Source: a virus. Taken from it: DNA of 64,000 bases. Location: the IMG/VR virus record IMGVR_UViG_3300032820_000001, positions 1 to 64,000 of that record; one strand, 5' to 3'. Of the stretch, positions 1 through 7,722 are shown one piece after another. Both the position numbers and the translations under genes were made by a program. Each line of letters opens with the position of its first letter. The first letter of the stretch is position 1. A model generated the notes under the pieces. That model was not told the DNA's origin and made no database searches. It worked only from the letters and a program-made list of their open reading frames with translations.

Positions 1-1
1 T

Positions 2-868
2 CATCCCCGTCGGTGACGCAATTTCCATTCGCCACGAGTCTTCGTTACCCTCAACCGCCACAGGTAATATATGATTTACGGCAGGAACTTGTATATATTC
101 CAGCAACGAAACTTCCACCTTAAATTCGCCAGCCCCTGGCTCACCAGTAACGGGCTTGAGTCGGGTGGCACCATAAAAAACAACAATGTCAGTTGCGCCG
201 GATGAGAAGTCTGCTACTGTTGCATTTCCTGTCACTCCACGATCAGCTTGATATGTGTGGCTTTCGTTGGTGAGGACGGTGGTGAGTGCAGACCGCCCGG
301 TAGCTCCTTGTTCTATTCTTACAATTGTAATTTGATCATAGAGCTGAGATCCCTCATCATCTATTGTTGCAATGATAGAAAGAAATTTCCTTTCCGAGTT
401 TGCATTAAACTGAGCTGCGGTGATGGTTACTTCGTCCGGGCTTTCTTGGGTGACAGGAACAGTGAAGGTCGCATCTGTCGAACTCCAAACCACTTGTGCC
501 CCTGGAACATTTTGGATGTTGGCTTTAATTGTGACGGTCTGACCACTCGGATCAGACTGCCCGTTTTCTTTATAACTAAAAAAGATCTTATCAGTAGAGA
601 GTGTAAGGAGCTTTGCAGCTTCTATTTCAGCCAGCGCCTCTGCGGATACATTGGTTAGGCCCGAACCGTCCCCTTTAATTTTAGCCGCTTCGATTTCTCC
701 GGTACGTTGGTTGATGGTGGCAACCTTCTTATTTTTGTTATTTCCAATTTTTAATTTATGGTCATCACCATCATCAACTTCAAGAGTATATACCTGGGAT
801 GAGCTGCCACCGCCGTCGATATATATCTTATTAACAACGAGTTCTGGTATCCGTGTCTTTTTTGCCAT
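2..868 (-). CDS. Tail fibre / receptor-binding-like virion protein, N-terminal part (runs off the window)
   Basis: Not in the ORF track (no stop in window). Hand translation from ATG 868 is open to base 2 (289 codons): MAKKTRIPELVVNKIYIDGGG...GATGRSALTTVLTNESHTYQADRG. The LTNESHT motif and Thr/Gly-rich beta pattern are typical of phage tail-fibre proteins. Confidence 0.55.
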   Translation of the reverse strand, partial: MAKKTRIPELVVNKIYIDGGGSSSQVYTLEVDDGDDHKLKIGNNKNKKVATINQRTGEIEAAKIKGDGSGLTNVSAEALAEIEAAKLLTLSTDKIFFSYKENGQSDPSGQTVTIKANIQNVPGAQVVWSSTDATFTVPVTQESPDEVTITAAQFNANSERKFLSIIATIDDEGSQLYDQITIVRIEQGATGRSALTTVLTNESHTYQADRGVTGNATVADFSSGATDIVVFYGATRLKPVTGEPGAGEFKVEVSLLEYIQVPAVNHILPVAVEGNEDSWRMEIASPTGM

Positions 869-883
869 AACTTTAATTAGTTT

Positions 884-1102
884 TTAATTGAAATTGGGAT
901 GCCTTATTTCCCAAGTTCCCATTACTTGTGTCCTTCCGCTAATCCAAACGTCGTTTTGCCAGTGAACAATGACCTCTTCTTTTTCAAGAAGCTCAACAAC
1001 AATTCCAATCCCGGCTTGGATCTCAAAGTCAGGTTGGCCGTTGTCAAGTTCCACCATGTCGCCGATGGAAAATTTTTTATAGTGGTCAACGGTTTGGTGC
1101 AT
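884..1102 (-). CDS. Small GDLV-family (KOW/SH3-like) protein
   Basis: FSIGDMVEL...GIGIVVE...VIVHWQND. Confidence 0.65.
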   Translation of the reverse strand: MHQTVDHYKKFSIGDMVELDNGQPDFEIQAGIGIVVELLEKEEVIVHWQNDVWISGRTQVMGTWEIRHPNFN

Positions 1103-1200
1103 ACATATAATTACAACGCGGGGGCAAGACCGGAATTTTTTTTATCAACGCATCGATGCATTAAGCCATCGATTATTTCTTCGGAATTTTTTTATGCTAT

Positions 1201-1776
1201 TTAAAGACCTAGAACGGTGATTTCCCCAAACACGGGTGTATCATCTTCCAGAACTTTCTTTACTTCAATCATCACAGCGGCATATGGCTGTGCGCCAAAA
1301 GTCTCCGCAGAACGGTAGGCCCACTTGTCTCGGTACTCATCAAGAAAGACGGGCAAGTGATAATCGCACCAGTAGAACATATCCTCTTCATCTTGGAATA
1401 CGCAAATTGCATGGGCGCTTGTATCGCCATTATCTCTTTCCATGGAGTAAAAACAAAACCATGCTCGTTCTGCTAATTTATTTTTTAGCAAAGCAACACA
1501 CCAGTAGATCGCATGATCATCACAATCCCCAAAAGGTGCCCTATCCTCTATATTCTTGGCTAACCTGCTTGGGTGTGCAAGATAGTCTAGCTTGCCATTT
1601 AAGGGGTCTTTCTTATATCGCTTGCCCCAACCCATGTCGTTGGCAATTTCAACAGAATTTCGGTAGTACCTCACGCGCTTAGAAGGGATTTTTGTGAACC
1701 TCATGGTGATTGTATACCACAACACGCTAAGGAAAACAAAGTACCGGCAGTAAAGGCGGGTGAGGCCAAACCTCAT
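1201..1776 (-). CDS. Transglutaminase-like Cys protease-fold protein
   Basis: GDCDDHA...HAICV...WCDY suggests a Cys-His-Asp triad. Start moved to ATG 1776 to avoid overlap with the upstream gene (ORF track 1201..1860). Confidence 0.5.
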   Translation of the reverse strand: MRFGLTRLYCRYFVFLSVLWYTITMRFTKIPSKRVRYYRNSVEIANDMGWGKRYKKDPLNGKLDYLAHPSRLAKNIEDRAPFGDCDDHAIYWCVALLKNKLAERAWFCFYSMERDNGDTSAHAICVFQDEEDMFYWCDYHLPVFLDEYRDKWAYRSAETFGAQPYAAVMIEVKKVLEDDTPVFGEITVLGL

Positions 1777-1780
1777 GAGT

Positions 1781-1987
1781 TTAATTTGTTGGCTTGATAA
1801 CTTCAACTTCATCGCAGATCTTTTCAACAGCATTAACAGAGTTGTTATAAACACTGCCATCGCAATACGTCTTCACCTGCCACTCGTTATGAGAGAAGAA
1901 TGGATCAGATACAACGATGCCGAGCTTCCGGTCATCAGAATATCCGTAGGAGATGATCTCTCCTTTTTGAAATTTAATATTAGACAT
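1781..1987 (-). CDS. Small GDLV-family variant
   Basis: FQKGEIISY...KLGIVVSD...WQVKTYCDG. Confidence 0.55.
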   Translation of the reverse strand: MSNIKFQKGEIISYGYSDDRKLGIVVSDPFFSHNEWQVKTYCDGSVYNNSVNAVEKICDEVEVIKPTN

Positions 1988-1999
1988 GAATTATTCCTT

Positions 2000-2389
2000 T
2001 CATTTTAATTCGATTAATAGAGAAGTTTGAACAACATACTCATATAAAGAAGCCATTTGTAAAAAACTATCCGTTATTTCGCCTTCTAAGTAGCTACGAA
2101 TATGATATTTAGAGGCCAAATAACGGGAATGTTGATTATTAAATTGGATTTTGAAATCAATTTCAGGATCTTTTGATAGAATTAAAGTAAAAAGCACCTC
2201 GTCGCGGGGGTTTCTAGTAAATTCTTTAACGAGATATATATTTTGGAATCGCAAACTGCTGTGCGTTTGCCTTATTTTCCACTCCCCAAACAAATTGCGT
2301 TCGCTTGGCAAGTATCGTTGAACCTTGAGGGCCTGCTCGAACCACTCGTCTTGATATTTAAAAACATTTGAATCCATATAATATATCAT
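2000..2389 (-). CDS. Hypothetical protein
   Basis: 129 aa ORF tiling the minus-strand operon. Confidence 0.6.
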   Translation of the reverse strand: MIYYMDSNVFKYQDEWFEQALKVQRYLPSERNLFGEWKIRQTHSSLRFQNIYLVKEFTRNPRDEVLFTLILSKDPEIDFKIQFNNQHSRYLASKYHIRSYLEGEITDSFLQMASLYEYVVQTSLLIELK

Positions 2390-2405
2390 ACACTAGAACT
2401 TCCGA

Positions 2406-2606
2406 TTATTTAAGTCTCACTAAGTAGTAATACAAAGTATCAAACTCCTGAACGGAGCCATCGGAAGTTAAAACTTTTACAAATATCTCATATGGACAAC
2501 ACCCCATGTATATTCCAGTGGCAACGATGCGCTCCTTATAATGTGCATGCACATTAATCAGATCACCGTAGGCAAAATTTTCTAAGTCTTCGCGCTCATC
2601 ATACAA
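2406..2606 (-). CDS. Small GDLV-family protein
   Basis: AYGDLINV...TGIYMG...VKVLTSDG. Confidence 0.6.
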   Translation of the reverse strand: MYDEREDLENFAYGDLINVHAHYKERIVATGIYMGCCPYEIFVKVLTSDGSVQEFDTLYYYLVRLK

Positions 2607-2633
2607 AACATGGTGTCCCCCTGAGATATATAA

Positions 2634-2909
2634 CTATACCTTTAGCTTCATAACGAACGAGTCGTGGATCAATTTCTTTTCTCCCTCGATATATATCCAG
2701 AAATATGTTTCTTCACTTGCAACACCATCGTAGTCTCTAGTACGCGCAGCGTCTTCTTTATCGAGCTCGCCGCAATATATGCCAATTCTATCGTGAAATT
2801 GAAATTTGGTGACGGGCATCATTGGCATCTTTGTTAGATACTGCATATATGCTTCGTCCCATATGCGAATTAGGTCGCCAATTTCGAATTCGTCATCAAT
2901 CTTCGGCAT
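2634..2909 (-). CDS. Small GDLV-family protein
   Basis: FEIGDLIRI...IGIYCG...WIYIEG. Confidence 0.6.
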   Translation of the reverse strand: MPKIDDEFEIGDLIRIWDEAYMQYLTKMPMMPVTKFQFHDRIGIYCGELDKEDAARTRDYDGVASEETYFWIYIEGEKKLIHDSFVMKLKV

Positions 2910-3045
2910 CTTTCACCTTTTCACGACAAATGTTTTTGCTCTTTTCTTTCTTTTTGTCTTTAAAGGCTTGGTTTTTGTGATCGTTTAGCTTTGGAACCAG
3001 CGGATTCCTTGGCAAGCGGTCTTGTTCTTTCTTTTTCTTAGTCAT
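2896..3045 (-). CDS. 49-aa highly basic peptide (RNPLV...H...KDKKK)
   Basis: Hand translation MTKKKKEQDRLPRNPLVPKLNDHKNQAFKDKKKEKSKNICREKVKDAED*; fills the gap between iscA and the next gene. Confidence 0.55.
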   Translation of the reverse strand: MTKKKKEQDRLPRNPLVPKLNDHKNQAFKDKKKEKSKNICREKVKDAED

Positions 3046-3046
3046 T

Positions 3047-3385
3047 TTAATATCCAAACGAGCTTCCACACCCGCAGTGTCGTTTAGCTGCTGGGTTTAT
3101 AAACTTAAAGCCTGACGACATTAGGTTGCTACCATAATCGAGCGTTGTGCCCTCAAGAACGGTTGCGCTGTGGCCATCGATAACGATTATTAGGCCATCG
3201 ATCTCAACCGCCCAATCTTCGTCATAAGCGTCGGTGTCGAAGTCCAATTTATATTGAAGTCCTGAGCAGCCTCCACCTTGCAATGCTATTCGTAGATAAG
3301 ATTTGTCGTCTTCAATTGCTTCCTTTGCTTTTTCTACAGCAATGTCAGTTATTATTAGTGGAAAGTCTTCTACCGATACATTCAT
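3047..3385 (-). CDS. iscA: Fe-S cluster insertion protein, IscA/ErpA (HesB) family
   Basis: GGGCSGLQY...DGHS...GTTLDY...F.F.NP.AKRHCGCGSSF. Confidence 0.93.
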   Translation of the reverse strand: MNVSVEDFPLIITDIAVEKAKEAIEDDKSYLRIALQGGGCSGLQYKLDFDTDAYDEDWAVEIDGLIIVIDGHSATVLEGTTLDYGSNLMSSGFKFINPAAKRHCGCGSSFGY

Positions 3386-3765
3386 TGGCTCTTTTTGTTC
3401 CTGTAATTTTCAATTGCCTGCTTAATTGCATCTTCGGCCAAGACCGAGCAATGAATTTTAACTGGTGGAAGCGACAATTCTTCTGCCACATCACCGTTTG
3501 AGATTTTTTCTGCTTCTTCTAGGTTCTTTCCCTTCACCCATTCCGTAACCAAGGAGGATGAAGCAATTGCAGAGCCGCAACCAAACGTCTTGAACTTGGC
3601 ATCTTCGATGATGCCATCGTCATTGACCTTAATTTGCAGCTTCATTACGTCACCACACGCCGGTGCGCCAACAAGCGCAGTGCCAACTGATGGATCTTCC
3701 TTATCTAGCGACCCCACGTTCCTTGGATTTTCGAAATGATCGATTACTTTTTTACTATATGCCAT
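3382..3765 (-). CDS. iscU: Fe-S cluster scaffold IscU
   Basis: MAYSKKVIDHFENPRNVG...APACGDVM...FKTFGCGSAIASSS...LPPVKIHCSVLAEDAI. Confidence 0.96.
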   Translation of the reverse strand: MAYSKKVIDHFENPRNVGSLDKEDPSVGTALVGAPACGDVMKLQIKVNDDGIIEDAKFKTFGCGSAIASSSLVTEWVKGKNLEEAEKISNGDVAEELSLPPVKIHCSVLAEDAIKQAIENYRNKKSQ

Positions 3766-3973
3766 TTTCCTTCCCTAATTTCTTTACTTTGTTCTCCCTG
3801 TACCAAAAATTTCCCGGCATGTCGCCTTCCATGGATGGTTTAATCTTATACCAAGTGCTTCCATCGAAACCTTTGGAGTCGTTTAGCTCCAAAACAGTGC
3901 CCTGAAACGCATCTAGTTCCGTGTTGAGGTGAACTTCTACCAAATCGCCAACCAAAATATTTTTATTTGTCAT
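3755..3973 (-). CDS. Small GDLV-family protein
   Basis: ILVGDLVEV...FQGTVLE. Confidence 0.65.
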   Translation of the reverse strand: MTNKNILVGDLVEVHLNTELDAFQGTVLELNDSKGFDGSTWYKIKPSMEGDMPGNFWYRENKVKKLGKENGI

Positions 3974-3976
3974 TTT

Positions 3977-4282
3977 TTATACCTTTTCAAGCTCATCCGC
4001 AAAAAGTTTGAGTGGTGCCTCGCCATTGATTGCCACATAATACAATATGCCGTCGTTTTCTCTACCACTCATCCCTCTTGGATAATTTGTTTCATGCGTT
4101 TTCGTTACAATTCCATGTTGGCCCAAGTGTTTTTCGTCTAAGAACAACGCTCTTTCATTAATTCGCACCAAATCACCAACATTAAATTCCTGTAAATTTT
4201 CCTCGGCGGTTTTTGGAGGGGTTGGCCGTAACCCTATTTTTTTATTTTCACTATTTTCCTGATTCTTCAATTTCATTATCAA
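3977..4282 (-). CDS. Small GDLV-family protein
   Basis: FNVGDLVRIN...HGIVTK...LYYVAING. Confidence 0.65.
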   Translation of the reverse strand: MIMKLKNQENSENKKIGLRPTPPKTAEENLQEFNVGDLVRINERALFLDEKHLGQHGIVTKTHETNYPRGMSGRENDGILYYVAINGEAPLKLFADELEKV

Positions 4283-4499
4283 CCTTTTCCAAACAAAAAT
4301 TCATCATGTTTCTTTTCTTTCCGCTAGAAAGAAGCACCATGCAAGAGGTGCCATAGTCTTCCCTACTAATTACGAGGCCAAGCATGCCTCCATATTCTCT
4401 TTCAAAATCTTTTACTTTAACTAAATCACCTTTTTTTAAAACATAGAATGGCCTTAGCTTATAATCTTCAAGCAGATTTTTTTTCTTGCTCATATTCAA
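4251..4499 (-). CDS. Small GDLV-family protein (start uncertain)
   Basis: LKKGDLVKVK...LGLVIS...MVLLSSG...LEKV. Confidence 0.6.
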   Translation of the reverse strand: MNMSKKKNLLEDYKLRPFYVLKKGDLVKVKDFEREYGGMLGLVISREDYGTSCMVLLSSGKKRNMMNFCLEKVDNEIEESGK

Positions 4500-4644
4500 G
4501 CATCCTTATGTCACCTTCAACGTCCGAGATTTGGTCTTCAAGATCACTTAGGCGCATTGAAAGCCTTCTGTATTCTGCGAGTAGGCCATCACGCCTATCT
4601 TGAAGACCCTTAATTCTTGCCGCGTTTTCTAGTTTCTTGTCCAT
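4468..4644 (-). CDS. 58-aa coiled-coil-like protein
   Basis: Hand translation MDKKLENAARIKGLQDRRDGLLAEYRRLSMRLSDLEDQISDVEGDIRMLEYEQEKKSA*; upstream AAGGAAGG. Confidence 0.55.
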   Translation of the reverse strand: MDKKLENAARIKGLQDRRDGLLAEYRRLSMRLSDLEDQISDVEGDIRMLEYEQEKKSA

Positions 4645-4844
4645 TGCCCTTCCTTTTATCTAAGTAGTACACAAGATCAACACAAAGCTTTACCATATAC
4701 AGAAATCCTACTGATAAGCAAGCCATAAATGCTAAAGTCTCAAATATATTATACATCATTTTTTCATTTCCTTCAAGATCTTTTTAGCTGTTTGCAAAAT
4801 AATTAGAAAGGCTGCAATTGTCACAGCAATAGATCTTAGTATTT

Positions 4845-5015
4845 TCATTTTATTTTCTCAAGCCAATTAAAATATATCCACGGACTAACAATTTTCCACC
4901 TTGCCCAATAGACCTTTGCGCCTTTGGGTTTCTCCTTCATCTTTATCACGATACCTATACCACGTTCTTTGAGGTTTAAGTCCCCATCAAATTTTACCAA
5001 GTCACCTACTTTCAT
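4845..5015 (-). CDS. Small GDLV-family protein (56 aa, not in ORF track)
   Basis: MKVGDLVKFDGDLNLKERGIGIVIKMKEKPKGAKVYWARWKIVSPWIYFNWLEKIK*. Confidence 0.7.
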   Translation of the reverse strand: MKVGDLVKFDGDLNLKERGIGIVIKMKEKPKGAKVYWARWKIVSPWIYFNWLEKIK

Positions 5016-5212
5016 GATACCACCTCAAGCCTTTTCTTTCTGAACGCCACTGTATCACCATCGCTCCACAAAACATGAACGTACCATGATTCTGACAAAG
5101 GTCTATATATTTGCGCCATGCTTTCCCCGGAAGGCACAACTATGCCAACCATCCGACCGCTGCCCTTTGACAGATCGGCTCCTTCAAATTTTACCAAGTC
5201 ACCGATTTCCAT
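5012..5212 (-). CDS. Small GDLV-family protein
   Basis: MEIGDLVKF...VGIVV...VHVLWSDG...LEVVS. Confidence 0.72.
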   Translation of the reverse strand: MEIGDLVKFEGADLSKGSGRMVGIVVPSGESMAQIYRPLSESWYVHVLWSDGDTVAFRKKRLEVVS

Positions 5213-5381
5213 TTACCACCTCAAGTTTGCTTCTCCCACACCAAGTTTTCTCGCCATCGTTCCACAACACAAGAACGGTTCCACACCACCCCTGCTGTAA
5301 GTGAGCTGGGCGCGTTAGCACAATGCCAACCATTTCTATTTCTTGATGCCCTGAGAATTTTACTAAATCACCGTGTTTCAC
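5199..5381 (-). CDS. Small GDLV-family protein
   Basis: MKHGDLVKF...VGIVL...VLVLWNDG...LEVVN. Confidence 0.72.
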   Translation of the reverse strand: MKHGDLVKFSGHQEIEMVGIVLTRPAHLQQGWCGTVLVLWNDGEKTWCGRSKLEVVNGNR

Positions 5382-5571
5382 TCATCACCTTCAAGTCATA
5401 ATCCCATACGTTGCTGCCGACAGTGCCATCTGTCCACCACACCTTGAATACATCGTTGTGCATTGCTCGTGGTTCGTCTACCTTCTCTATAATGATGCCC
5501 ATCATATTATACTTGTTCATGTACTGTGCGCTTTGGCTCAAGCAAACTAAATCACCTTTTTTCATAGTCAC
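5368..5571 (-). CDS. Small GDLV-family protein
   Basis: MKKGDLVCL...MGIII...FKVWWTDG...LKVMS. Confidence 0.72.
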   Translation of the reverse strand: MTMKKGDLVCLSQSAQYMNKYNMMGIIIEKVDEPRAMHNDVFKVWWTDGTVGSNVWDYDLKVMSETR

Positions 5572-5707
5572 ACCAATCTCCTTTAAAGACCCAACGCTTG
5601 TTGCCTGTCCTGCTGCTCACACACAGTGCGTGATGGAAGTAGGTATCGATTACAAGCCACAACGTATTGTCCATTCTTCTTTCAATTAAATCACCGATTT
5701 TCATCAT
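5552..5707 (-). CDS. Small GDLV-family protein (51 aa, not in ORF track)
   Basis: MMKIGDLIERRMDNTLWLVIDTYFHHALCVSSRTGNKRWVFKGDWCDYEKR*. Confidence 0.65.
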   Translation of the reverse strand: MMKIGDLIERRMDNTLWLVIDTYFHHALCVSSRTGNKRWVFKGDWCDYEKR

Positions 5708-5869
5708 CTAATCTTCCTTCGAGATCATCTTTTGAATTTGTTCCACCTGTGTCTTGATTGCCTCAAGGTTGTGGTGGTCTGTTGGTACATCGTCGTACAT
5801 ATGCTCGTCCAAAGACTGCATAATAATTTCTAGGATTTTATTGACGGTTTCTATTTTTTCTTCTTTCAT
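5708..5869 (-). CDS. 53-aa hypothetical protein
   Basis: Hand translation MKEEKIETVNKILEIIMQSLDEHMYDD...ISKED*. Confidence 0.5.
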   Translation of the reverse strand: MKEEKIETVNKILEIIMQSLDEHMYDDVPTDHHNLEAIKTQVEQIQKMISKED

Positions 5870-5896
5870 AATCTAACCTTTTTTTTCTATGGATTT

Positions 5897-6016
5897 TTTT
5901 GGGGGTGTATCGCGTGAATGTACTTAGTTTGAAAACCACCCCCCTAGATAGTACCTACTTTCCGGCCCGGTAGGGGGGAGGGGGGGGTGCCCCCCTGCCT
6001 ACCCCTGGCAAGCCCT
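5897..6016. other. G/C-run non-coding element (G-quadruplex-capable; candidate genome-end/packaging or origin site)
   Basis: GGTAGGGGGGAGGGGGGGGTGCCCCCCTGCCTACCCC at ~5969-6005 plus TTTTTTTGGGGG and CCACCCCCC runs; no ORF. Confidence 0.45.
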
Positions 6017-6295
6017 CTATTGATTAAACGCTCTGTCTAGTATCTGTGCAACGTAGTGGGCTGTATCCTCATCCACGTCGTCATTAAGCATATAGTCTGC
6101 GCTATCAATGACTGCCCTTGGTATGTCTTGGCCAAGGCCATTGTCTAGGCTGGTATGGCTAAGGACTGCACAGGTTCCTGCTACTGAGTAATCACTGGTG
6201 ATGGTTACGGTGTTGTCTAGCTTGTCGTAGTCCATAGTCCACATGATGTTGTTACTGTCTACTACTGTCTTGTTTGTATATCTGATAGTGGTCAT
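6017..6295 (-). CDS. Hypothetical protein
   Basis: 92 aa ORF; candidate promoter TTGCAT-17-TATTCT upstream at ~6345-6373. Confidence 0.6.
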   Translation of the reverse strand: MTTIRYTNKTVVDSNNIMWTMDYDKLDNTVTITSDYSVAGTCAVLSHTSLDNGLGQDIPRAVIDSADYMLNDDVDEDTAHYVAQILDRAFNQ

Positions 6296-6478
6296 TGGTT
6301 TTTACCTTTTTATTTTTATGTTCCCGCGAAATGCGGTGGGGTTAGAATATTGTTGTGACAATTGCAATGCAATCGCTTAACGAATAGCTTGACTCGATGT
6401 AACACTCCAGCATTAGCTCGTGTTTGTATCCGAGTCGTTGGTGGGCAGCCGCGAGGATAATGAAGATGCCCATCAAGA

Positions 6479-6730
6479 TCAATCGACGCATGGCATATCA
6501 AGTCCATGAGGGATGCGAGGGGTTGGCCAAGGTGTGACTTCACAAGTCTCCACGTTGCGGTGCATCTTACCATCCCAACCTCGGATGGTGCAGAGGTAGC
6601 CATCGTTCTCGATGATGATGCCATCAACCTCTACGCGGGCAAAGTCAATGCGACCTTTCTTGTCGCGGAACTTTTCAAGCTGCGTGAACGTGACGCCTTT
6701 ACCTACAATTGATTGAGTGAATTTACGCAT
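6479..6730 (-). CDS. Hypothetical protein
   Basis: 83 aa ORF with AGGAG RBS. Confidence 0.6.
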   Translation of the reverse strand: MRKFTQSIVGKGVTFTQLEKFRDKKGRIDFARVEVDGIIIENDGYLCTIRGWDGKMHRNVETCEVTPWPTPRIPHGLDMPCVD

Positions 6731-6831
6731 GTGTTCTCCTTAAAGAAAGTAGTGGCCAATGACGATGCCGAGAATGAACCAGCATGTTAAGTCTGCGATG
6801 TGTGCGATGACAAGTCTTTTGTTGTATTCCA

Positions 6832-7263
6832 TTATGCTAATCTCCTAACGTATGTCATCACCCAACGTGATGCATAATTATAATAATCTTCTTGGTTAAG
6901 GTCGAGGTCTAGCCTCTCAGATAGCGCAAAGCCGCGCCTCCATGCATCCCACTCTTCGATGATGGTTTCCACCTTAAAGAGATTCCGCCGTTTGTTAATC
7001 TTCGCTTCCTTGAAACGATGCTTGTGGAGGGTAGGGAAATTGTTCTTGTAGCTTTGCTTACTCTGAAAGGCCAGCGCGTGGCCGCACTCGTGGAGTAAGG
7101 AATAAATTTGATGCTTCTTCTGTCTGAGTTTCTTATCATAAACGACGTGCCTTTCATCGTGGTAGTAAGCATCAACACCATAACCTGTGCAGACTTCAAG
7201 GCGTTTCTTAATTGCCCATGCGTCTAGCTTACTGAGATTAATATTAAATTGTTTATCATTCAT
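6832..7263 (-). CDS. HExxH zinc-metalloprotease-like protein (ImmA/IrrE-like)
   Basis: SLLHECGH...IIEEWDAWRRG; start set at ATG 7263. Confidence 0.55.
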   Translation of the reverse strand: MNDKQFNINLSKLDAWAIKKRLEVCTGYGVDAYYHDERHVVYDKKLRQKKHQIYSLLHECGHALAFQSKQSYKNNFPTLHKHRFKEAKINKRRNLFKVETIIEEWDAWRRGFALSERLDLDLNQEDYYNYASRWVMTYVRRLA

Positions 7264-7459
7264 AATTTGATTCCCGCGCCATTGGCAAAAGTGGTTGACC
7301 GGAGTGTGCATCGTAGATCACCATCGTTAACGATTGGGAGCGCATGCGGTAATCTTTCGCATCCAGTGCGCTGTCGAGATCTTCGTATATGCCTACGACG
7401 AATTGCCCATCACTGGTAATACTACGCAATTCATATCTTCCGATAAGTTCTGATTTCAT
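7256..7459 (-). CDS. Hypothetical protein
   Basis: 67 aa ORF overlapping neighbours. Confidence 0.55.
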   Translation of the reverse strand: MKSELIGRYELRSITSDGQFVVGIYEDLDSALDAKDYRMRSQSLTMVIYDAHSGQPLLPMARESNYE

Positions 7460-7710
7460 TATTGAGCCACCTTATCCTGAGCATAGGGTGAATACCATGG
7501 GATCACAGCAAAATACTCAGGGTTCTCTTTGCGGGTGATGGTGTCATAACCCATGTGACGTGCATGCGCCTCGGCATCGCGGGGATGCTTAAAGGCCAAA
7601 GTCTTTGCACCTTCAAACTCACCTTTGAAAGTCATGGTTGCGCTACCGCTTAACTCTACTTCGATGTGAACGATTGGGGTATTTATTTCTTGCGTGTTTT
7701 CTAATGGCAT
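7459..7710 (-). CDS. Hypothetical protein
   Basis: 83 aa ORF with AGGAGG RBS. Confidence 0.6.
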   Translation of the reverse strand: MPLENTQEINTPIVHIEVELSGSATMTFKGEFEGAKTLAFKHPRDAEAHARHMGYDTITRKENPEYFAVIPWYSPYAQDKVAQ

Positions 7711-7722
7711 AATTGCCTCCTT

